Below, piece after piece: positions 1 to 6,762 of a stretch of 41,124 bases of DNA (positions are counted from its first letter, which is position 1; each line of letters opens with the position of its first letter). Below the pieces are notes generated by a model, which did not search any database, was not told the DNA's origin, and saw only the letters and a list, made by a program, of their open reading frames with translations. The DNA is from Candidatus Nanoarchaeia archaeon (GTDB lineage: Archaea > Nanobdellota > Nanobdellia > UBA10117): contig JAWCLD010000002.1 in assembly GCA_038851215.1 (NCBI GenBank), forward strand, positions 1 through 41,124, read 5' to 3'. Both the position numbers and the translations under genes were made by a program.

Positions 1-87
1 TGCAAGGAAGGTGGAAGTTGTGGCATACTAAAATCTAGCCTTTAATTATTAATAAATACTATGCTATCATTAAGAAGTGCTGTAGAA

Positions 88-160
88 CTTTATAATAGAG
101 TTAGGTGAAGCACTCATTTGTCAAGCTATCTCGGCCGCTAAAAGTGAAAGCTTATTAATT
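88..160 (+). promoter_or_regulatory. candidate archaeal TATA-box region upstream of the ATPase gene
   Basis: TATA-like words ctttataata (88-97) and ttattaat (153-160). The second lies ~27-34 nt upstream of the ATG at 187 with no Shine-Dalgarno-like purine run between, which fits a leaderless or short-leader transcript. Confidence 0.25.
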
Positions 161-186
161 CTGCCATAGATTTTTTTTCGGCCATT

Positions 187-2463
187 ATGCCTGAAGTAGG
201 AGAATACCAAATTATCAGAGAAGGCTCTGAAAAAGTACTTCGCATCAATTATGAAGGCTCTAGTTTTACACCTTCTATTGAAGATGACAAAGTTATAATG
301 TCAAGGGTTTTTGATATTCTGCTAGAAGTTGGCAAAGTTTCAAAAATTATCTTCCTACAAAGAGAAGAATACGAATATGACTGGGCGCAAGTCCGTCTTT
401 TGCTGGAACTTGTTGATGCGTATACCAAATTGGTTAAAGAAGAAAACATACTAAACTTTGGTGCTCTAGGTCTTGCGCCGGAATGCCAGCGTTTCTTACC
501 GGGTTGGTACGATTTTCTTCGCAGCACAATTTTACATCAATTGAAGGAGGACCCGATTGGAGCTTTTGTTGAGCTTGTAAGAAGGCATAGAGAGGAAGTG
601 ATAAAACAAGCACATCCCCCAGCGCCAGGCTATGAAACTTGTGTAGCACCTTTTGTTAATATTTTACAACATGCAATTGATGTGCTTGGAAATACAACAC
701 TCCTAAAGTTAGTTGCTGGAAAGTTACCGGGCTTCAAGCCTGGCGACAGAACTTTATATAGAGAGCATTTTAGACCTTCTATAAGACCACATTTTATGTA
801 TACAAAGCTTGTCACAGCTTTCCCACCTGGTGCGGAGGAGCTTGCAAGCTACAAGATTGCAGAGGGAACTGAAGTTTTGATACTAAAAGTGCCTCAAGAT
901 ATTAGGCCTCTATATCATATAATTCCACCAGAATTCCGTCTCACTGAAGATAGGTATGCGTTGTTAACAGAGGCGAGAGAAATAATGGCAGAACACAGGC
1001 CGCAAAGATCAGAGTTCATAGACCCTGCAAGGACAAGAGAAATATTTTTGTCTGTTGAAAGAGACTTGCTGGCAGACCTTGCGAGAAGCAAAGGTGTGAA
1101 GCTAAGTTACAGCGAACTTGAGGAATTAGCAAAAATACTTCTCCGCTATACAATAGGTTTTGGTCTTATAGAAGTTGTTTTATCAGACCCGAATATACAA
1201 GATGTCGTTGTTAACGCCCCGCTAGGAACACAACCGATATCACTAATACATGCAGATTTCGGTGAATGTCGCACTAATATCACACCGCTGCCAAAAGAAG
1301 GAGATTCGTGGGCAACAAAGCTTCGTTTAATTTCGGGAAGGCCTTTTGACGAGGCAAACCCCATTCTCGATTCTGATTTGCTTTTACCGCATGCACGGGC
1401 AAGAGTTGCCGCCTTACAAGCCCCACTATCACCACTTGGCTATGCATTTGCTTTTAGAAGGCATAGAGATAAGAGTTGGACATTGCCGCTATTTATAAAG
1501 GCAGGTATGCTGACACCATTAGCAGCAGGTTTGATTTCTTTTTTAGTGGACGGAGCACGGACTATACTCATTGCTGGCACAAGGAGTGCAGGCAAAACAT
1601 CGCTATTAGGCGCGTTGATGGTAGAAATTCCAAGAATTAATAGAATTCTTTCAGTCGAGGATACGTTAGAGCTTCCAATTTCTCAGCTAAGAGGGCTCAA
1701 TTATGACATTTTATCAATGAAAACACGCTCTGTTATAACAGGTGCGGAGGCCGAAGTTCCGGCAGAGCAGGCAATCAGAACCGCTTTACGATTAGGAGAT
1801 TCTGCATTAATAATTGGCGAGGTTAGAAGCTTAGAAGCAAGAGCACTTTATGAAGCAATGAGGATTGGCGCACTTGCAAAAGTTGTTGCAGGCACTATTC
1901 ATGGCGCATCGCCTTACGATGTCTACGACCGTGTTGTAAATGATTTAGGTGTGCCAAAAACAAGCTTCAAAGCAACCGATATTATCATGGTGGCAAATAC
2001 AGTCACATCACCATCCGGTCTTGAGAGGTGGAGACGGCTAACCCAGATTTCTGAGGTCAGAAAGCTATGGACTGAAGACCCAATAATAGAAAAGGGATTT
2101 GCAGATTTAATGGTGTATAATGCGGCCAAGGATATAATAGAACCAACAGATATTTTAATTGAAGGCGAATCCGAAACATTAAAGGCTGTTGGAGGCCGTG
2201 TGCGAGAGTGGGCTGGCAATTGGGACGCAATTTGGCAAAATATAGAGTTAAGGGCAAAGATAAAGCAAGCTATTGTCGATGCAGCAAACAAAACAAAAAT
2301 ACAAGATTTGCTTGAAGCACCATTCGTCGTTGCGTCAAACGACGAATTTCACAGATTGTGTGCAATAATTGCAGAGGAAGTTGGCTTCACAGATCCTAAG
2401 AGGGTTTATGCTGAATGGAGCAATTGGCTAAAACAAAGGATAAAAAAGATGAAAGGAAGCTAA
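187..2463 (+). CDS. type IV filament / secretion ATPase (GspE-PilB-FlaI-VirB11 superfamily)
   Basis: 758-aa ORF. Walker A GTRSAGKTS, Asp-box-like SVEDTLEL, Walker B region ALIIGEVRSLEA and His-box-like AGTIHGASP occur in the canonical order for this superfamily. The ~330-aa N-terminal region and ~100-aa C-terminal tail have no motif I recognise. Confidence 0.85.
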   Translation: MPEVGEYQIIREGSEKVLRINYEGSSFTPSIEDDKVIMSRVFDILLEVGKVSKIIFLQREEYEYDWAQVRLLLELVDAYTKLVKEENILNFGALGLAPECQRFLPGWYDFLRSTILHQLKEDPIGAFVELVRRHREEVIKQAHPPAPGYETCVAPFVNILQHAIDVLGNTTLLKLVAGKLPGFKPGDRTLYREHFRPSIRPHFMYTKLVTAFPPGAEELASYKIAEGTEVLILKVPQDIRPLYHIIPPEFRLTEDRYALLTEAREIMAEHRPQRSEFIDPARTREIFLSVERDLLADLARSKGVKLSYSELEELAKILLRYTIGFGLIEVVLSDPNIQDVVVNAPLGTQPISLIHADFGECRTNITPLPKEGDSWATKLRLISGRPFDEANPILDSDLLLPHARARVAALQAPLSPLGYAFAFRRHRDKSWTLPLFIKAGMLTPLAAGLISFLVDGARTILIAGTRSAGKTSLLGALMVEIPRINRILSVEDTLELPISQLRGLNYDILSMKTRSVITGAEAEVPAEQAIRTALRLGDSALIIGEVRSLEARALYEAMRIGALAKVVAGTIHGASPYDVYDRVVNDLGVPKTSFKATDIIMVANTVTSPSGLERWRRLTQISEVRKLWTEDPIIEKGFADLMVYNAAKDIIEPTDILIEGESETLKAVGGRVREWAGNWDAIWQNIELRAKIKQAIVDAANKTKIQDLLEAPFVVASNDEFHRLCAIIAEEVGFTDPKRVYAEWSNWLKQRIKKMKGS

Positions 2464-2469
2464 GAGACA

Positions 2470-4524
2470 ATGCCAGAATTCGATGAAACAACAAGAAGAA
2501 TAATTTATGCAAAGTATCGAAAAAAGATAGAAGAGGAAGTTGGTCAGTCCCCTGACATCAAAGCCGAGCCCGAAGCATCATACTCCGAAGCGTATCAAAT
2601 ATTTAGAAAAGAGCAACTTAGCTTAGGGCACACACTTTTTGAAAGGCTTTGTAATGGGGCTGAAAGAGTATTGCAATTAAAATTAAAGCAAGCTGATATA
2701 GAAAAAATTCTGCCAGCGCTCGAGATGGCGCATATTGCAACAACGCCGCAGGGCGTCTACGCCCTAGCTGTCCTAACAACAATCGCAAGCTTCATTACAA
2801 GTTTTGCAATTGGATTAGTGCTTGGTAGCATTTGGATAATACTTCTGGGTTCACTTGTCGCAGCCGGTCTATTCTTCTACATCCCAACATTGCCAAAAAA
2901 AATGTTTTTAGCCTGGCGTGCAAAGGCTTCGGATCAAATTATTCTTGCGGTACTTTATATGATAATCTATATGGAACACACTCCTAATTTGGAGTTAGCA
3001 ACTTGGTTTGCAGCAAAGCACCTTCCTCCTCCTTTGTCATTGGATTTTATTAAAGTTCTATGGGATGTCGAAACAAAAAAATATAGTTCCTTGATTGCAG
3101 CATTGGAAGATTACATTGAAAGTTGGCGGGGCTGGGATGATGCCTTTATAGATTCGATACATATTTTACAAACATCTCTGGCTGTGGAAGCGAAGTCTGA
3201 AAGATTAAAGATTTTAGAAAAGGCTGAAGAAGTAATTCTCGAAGGCACATACGATAAGATGTTAGCTTTTGCACACAACTTGCAAGGCCCTGCACAGACG
3301 CTGCACATGCTTGGTACTGTACTGCCAATAATGGGTCTTGTTATGCTTCCAATGGTTTCTGCCTTTATGGGCGCAACAATAAAATGGTGGTACTTAGTAA
3401 TTTTATATAACATTTTACTGCCAATAGCTGTCTATGGAATTGCAAAATCAATACTTACAGTACGGCCAGCAGGCGCGAATCCTACAGATGTTTATTTACA
3501 TTTAGCAGAGAAGTATGCTAAGCCTACAATTTCTCCTTTAATAATAGGTATTGCAATCTTCGCAGCAATTTCAGCTCCAGCATTTTTTTATTTCACAGTT
3601 AATTTCCCGACAGGCGCGGCAGCTTTTAGTCTGTTGCCCCTATTGTTTTCAACCTTATTCGTTGCGGCCGCAGGCATTAGCATTAGTGCTTACTATTGGT
3701 ACAAATCTAACGCACTGATGAAGATAAAGAAAAAAATCTTACAAATAGAAGATCAGTTTGCAGCAGCAATTTTCCAGCTCGGAAATAAAGTTGCTGAGGG
3801 TGTGCCAGTCGAAGCTGCAATAACTTATGTTGTAGAGGCAATGCCAAAAGCTGAAGTTGCAGATTTCTTTAGAATTATAGATAGAAACATGAGAGAATTA
3901 GGTATGAACTTAAAAGATGCAATTTTCGACGAAAGGAAAGGCGCGCTTGCTGCTTATCCATCAGCAATAATCAAATCCGTTATGCAAACCACTGTAGAAG
4001 CTGCGAAGAAATCGCCTGAAGTTGCAGCTTCTTCGCTAATAACAATTTCAAGATATTTGACGAATGCGCATCGCGTAAATGAAAGACTGAAGGATTTGTT
4101 AGCAGATACTATCAGTTCATTGTCGATGCAAACTAAACTCTTTGCACCTGTAATATCTGGCATTGTTGTAGGTCTCTCATCATTGACCACAGCGATATTG
4201 TTCAATCTCGGAGAAAAGTTAAAGGGCTTTGAGGTTAGTGGCGAAATGCCTGGCTTTGGCGCAGGCTTGCTACAAATCTTTCAAATAGAACATATGTTGC
4301 CTGCTTGGCAATTCCAGTTCATAGTTGGTATTTATTTGTTACAGCTCGTTGCACTGACAGCAATTTTATTGAATGGAATTATAAACGGGCCTGACAAACT
4401 AGAACAAGAAGATATGATGGCAAAAAGCATGCTTTATGCGACCGTATTTTACGCTAGCCTTACCGCATTAGCTTCATTGTTATTCCTCAACTTAGTTAGC
4501 GGAATAGTGGAGGTAATTGTTTAA
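2470..4524 (+). CDS. polytopic membrane platform protein (FlaJ/TadC/PilC-like, two T2SSF-like halves)
   Basis: 684-aa ORF starting 7 nt after the ATPase stop. It has at least 8 hydrophobic segments in two blocks, each preceded by a soluble helical domain (e.g. IEDQFAAAIFQLGNKVAEGVPVEAAITYVVEAMP...NLKDAIFD). This is the layout of archaeal FlaJ/TadC platforms. Confidence 0.75.
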   Translation: MPEFDETTRRIIYAKYRKKIEEEVGQSPDIKAEPEASYSEAYQIFRKEQLSLGHTLFERLCNGAERVLQLKLKQADIEKILPALEMAHIATTPQGVYALAVLTTIASFITSFAIGLVLGSIWIILLGSLVAAGLFFYIPTLPKKMFLAWRAKASDQIILAVLYMIIYMEHTPNLELATWFAAKHLPPPLSLDFIKVLWDVETKKYSSLIAALEDYIESWRGWDDAFIDSIHILQTSLAVEAKSERLKILEKAEEVILEGTYDKMLAFAHNLQGPAQTLHMLGTVLPIMGLVMLPMVSAFMGATIKWWYLVILYNILLPIAVYGIAKSILTVRPAGANPTDVYLHLAEKYAKPTISPLIIGIAIFAAISAPAFFYFTVNFPTGAAAFSLLPLLFSTLFVAAAGISISAYYWYKSNALMKIKKKILQIEDQFAAAIFQLGNKVAEGVPVEAAITYVVEAMPKAEVADFFRIIDRNMRELGMNLKDAIFDERKGALAAYPSAIIKSVMQTTVEAAKKSPEVAASSLITISRYLTNAHRVNERLKDLLADTISSLSMQTKLFAPVISGIVVGLSSLTTAILFNLGEKLKGFEVSGEMPGFGAGLLQIFQIEHMLPAWQFQFIVGIYLLQLVALTAILLNGIINGPDKLEQEDMMAKSMLYATVFYASLTALASLLFLNLVSGIVEVIV

Positions 4525-4619
4525 TGGAGTGGGCAGAGTTCGTACTACTTCTAGGCTCTGTTCTTGCAATTGCTATAATAATATATATAATACTTACAGC
4601 ACTAGGTATAATACACTAA
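4524..4619 (+). CDS. possible 31-aa single-TM micro-protein, translationally coupled to the platform gene
   Basis: Not in the ORF track because it is under 60 aa. The ATG shares the last A of the platform stop (tAATGg). GGAGGT at 4509-4514 sits 9 nt upstream. Translation is MEWAEFVLLLGSVLAIAIIIYIILTALGIIH. The N-terminus resembles that of the next gene (MAEWTLEEILLLL). Confidence 0.3.
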   Translation: MEWAEFVLLLGSVLAIAIIIYIILTALGIIH

Positions 4620-4646
4620 AAGTGCGTTATAGCGAGCAAATGCGAA

Positions 4647-5165
4647 ATGGCTGAATGGACATTAGAGGAAATCTTGCTTCTGTTAATTGCCATATTTGGA
4701 TTTATATTGCTAGCGATAATATTAGGGTTCTTTAAATTTGGTAAGGAACTTTGGTATACTGATTGCCGTAATGTGCCAGAAGGACCGCGCTGCTTCCAGC
4801 TAGGCGAAACTGTTAGTTGCATAGCTGCAGAGAATATTTCAAAAGATGTTAACATACCTCTCGCTGGCTATTACAACCCCCTATGTAGTATCTATAGCGA
4901 TAGTGAGTATAAATGTATTTACGCTTTTCCTAATCTTACCAAAAATGAACAGGCATTTCAAGTTTGTAAATTCATACCAGCCTCTTATGTAGTAGAGGCA
5001 CCTGCTGGTAAAAAAGCTGGGAAAGATAGTCTTTGCCTATTAAACGCACAAATTGATTGTGCAGATCTATCACAAAAAACATCACCAAAATGTCAAGAGG
5101 TATTAGGTTGCAAGCCCGTCAATGCAATCGAAGCCGCTTTTGAGCGGTTAAAGCCACCATCATAA
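4647..5165 (+). CDS. N-terminally anchored, Cys-rich extracellular protein (pilus-locus component)
   Basis: 172 aa with the hydrophobic helix EEILLLLIAIFGFILLAIILGFF at the N-terminus, then a soluble part with 10 Cys and NxS/T sequons (NIS, NLT). No [KR]G cleavage site is seen. Confidence 0.6.
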   Translation: MAEWTLEEILLLLIAIFGFILLAIILGFFKFGKELWYTDCRNVPEGPRCFQLGETVSCIAAENISKDVNIPLAGYYNPLCSIYSDSEYKCIYAFPNLTKNEQAFQVCKFIPASYVVEAPAGKKAGKDSLCLLNAQIDCADLSQKTSPKCQEVLGCKPVNAIEAAFERLKPPS

Positions 5166-5190
5166 AATACAATGCAATTTGTTATGTAAA

Positions 5191-6177
5191 ATGGATAAAA
5201 AAGGGAAGTTAGTAGCAGAGACGCTTCCAATTATTGCGATTACTATACTTGGAGGTATAATAATTATAAGTTTCATTCTCATCTTTGCAGGCTATATTAA
5301 GCCAGAGCTTGGGAGCTTTGGCTGCAGCCTTAACATAAGGATTTATTCTGCAATGTTAGGCGGCTCTGGCGGTCTTTTATCAACACCAATATTTATGTGC
5401 AATCAGTACAGAGAGCCAATTGAAATAAATGCAGGGAAATGGTCTGATTGTCCTGGCATAGCAGATTTCTGTAAGAAAGAGACTTCCAAAGAAGTATTGG
5501 CGCAATGCTATCGACAATGCGCAAGAATACAAATTGATAAATTAACAGAGTCTTGTTGGTCGATGGGCGGTTCTGGCACGCTCTCTTTATGGTCAGCATG
5601 GGACAGAATAGGTGCTTTTACTTATAATGTTGGAAAATTTTTAGATGCAACAGTAAAGGCTATTGAGCTAGAAGCGGCATACGGTGCGAATTATTTCCTC
5701 TTAGGTTTGCCAGAGCTAACCGGTATTACTAATATAAAGGAACTTAATTATAAAATCTTGAGCGATACCCGCCAAATGGAAGCTAAGAAAAGTGCAATTC
5801 TTCGCTGCTATAAATTTCAAATTGTGAATCCTGGCAGGCTGCCAGTGCCTCCAGAACAAAATTTCTTTTACGATTGGAGTTATGGACGTAGTTGGTCTTA
5901 CAACTTAAATGCTACAAATCCTGAACTTTGCAGAAAATATGCAACAGCAGAAGATAAAATTTGTAGCTATGGTGGTGACGGTGTAAGCTACTTAAACCAA
6001 AATATAACTTCAATTAATGATTTAGAGGCTGACATGAGTCTATATTTAAATTATATAGCAGAACCTCGCCAAGTTTGCTACATAGCTTATTATCAGGAGG
6101 AAGGGGGTAGAAATTATGTAATAAGAAGCTGTGAGCACTGGTCAGTATATGGCGGCGGTAGCTTTTTCTTGAACTAA
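5191..6177 (+). CDS. prepilin-like (class III signal) Cys-rich secreted protein
   Basis: I chose the ATG at 5191 over the TTG at 5179 in the track. N-terminus is MDKKG|KLVAETLPIIAITILGGIIIISFILIF. The mature part of about 300 aa has at least 12 Cys. Confidence 0.65.
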   Translation: MDKKGKLVAETLPIIAITILGGIIIISFILIFAGYIKPELGSFGCSLNIRIYSAMLGGSGGLLSTPIFMCNQYREPIEINAGKWSDCPGIADFCKKETSKEVLAQCYRQCARIQIDKLTESCWSMGGSGTLSLWSAWDRIGAFTYNVGKFLDATVKAIELEAAYGANYFLLGLPELTGITNIKELNYKILSDTRQMEAKKSAILRCYKFQIVNPGRLPVPPEQNFFYDWSYGRSWSYNLNATNPELCRKYATAEDKICSYGGDGVSYLNQNITSINDLEADMSLYLNYIAEPRQVCYIAYYQEEGGRNYVIRSCEHWSVYGGGSFFLN

Positions 6178-6214
6178 GTTAGATGTTCTTCGCGCAATAC
6201 AGCTTATAAATTGT

Positions 6215-6373
6215 TTAAGGTTTTGTTTGGTTAAGCAATGCGATAAGCTTTGCACTGACTTCGCTGAAGCCGCCTCTAAAAATCCACAGCACTAAAATTA
6301 TGCCAATTACACCAAGAGCTATCATAATTATATAAGACAACCCAATTTCTATTCCTTTTTTATTGCTTTTCAT
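6215..6373 (-). CDS. 52-aa mini-pilin (class III signal plus one hydrophobic helix plus a short tail)
   Basis: Internal ATG of the track ORF 6215..6406. Translation is MKSNKKG|IEIGLSYIIMIALGVIGIILVLWIFRGGFSEVSAKLIALLNQTKP. Confidence 0.6.
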   Translation of the reverse strand: MKSNKKGIEIGLSYIIMIALGVIGIILVLWIFRGGFSEVSAKLIALLNQTKP

Positions 6374-6374
6374 T

Positions 6375-6533
6375 CTATTTAAACAGGTCGGAAAGTTTTT
6401 TTCCAATATCTATTGCTGTCTGTTCGCCACCACTTTTTATATTATAATAAAGTGCGATAATAAGTATCGTAACGACAAGGGCGACGAGCGTAGCAGCGAG
6501 AAAGTGCCACCATTCAGCGCCTTTTGCAGCCAT
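6375..6533 (-). CDS. second 52-aa mini-pilin, absent from the ORF track
   Basis: Hand-translated from the minus strand: MAAKG|AEWWHFLAATLVALVVTILIIALYYNIKSGGEQTAIDIGKKLSDLFK. The stop (6375-6377) lies 1 nt before the start of the downstream mini-pilin (6373). On the minus strand a GAGG lies just upstream of the ATG, and a TATA-like tttatta sits about 19-25 nt upstream. Confidence 0.5.
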   Translation of the reverse strand: MAAKGAEWWHFLAATLVALVVTILIIALYYNIKSGGEQTAIDIGKKLSDLFK

Positions 6534-6762
6534 GCCTCTAATACAAAACAGTGGTTAATAAATTTAGCTAGCAACGCTCTAATCATTACAAATTGGATTC
6601 CGTGCAATGCAATGAATTAGCCTTTTAACTTGCTTTAAGATTTATTGCCGCTTGAATGGAAAGGCTGCTGTGAAAGAGTGTCTCGCATTTGAAGAGTTGC
6701 CAACGATTAGAGAAAGCCAAATTCGACAAAAAGAATTTTAAATTATAATTTTCTTATTAAAA
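6534..6762. promoter_or_regulatory. divergent intergenic region between the minus-strand mini-pilins and the plus-strand 829-aa gene
   Basis: 229-bp non-coding gap, the largest in the pilus locus. A TATA-like tttaaattataa (~6737-6748) lies ~15-25 nt upstream of the ATG at 6763. A TATA-like element for the minus-strand pair lies at ~6553-6560. Confidence 0.3.

Noticed and set aside
6363-6620. 85-aa plus-strand ORF across the mini-pilin region
   Set aside because: It overlaps both minus-strand mini-pilin frames, which have clear class III signal architecture and start contexts. Its own translation (CCLFATTFYIIIKCDNKYRNDKGDERSS...) has no recognisable features.
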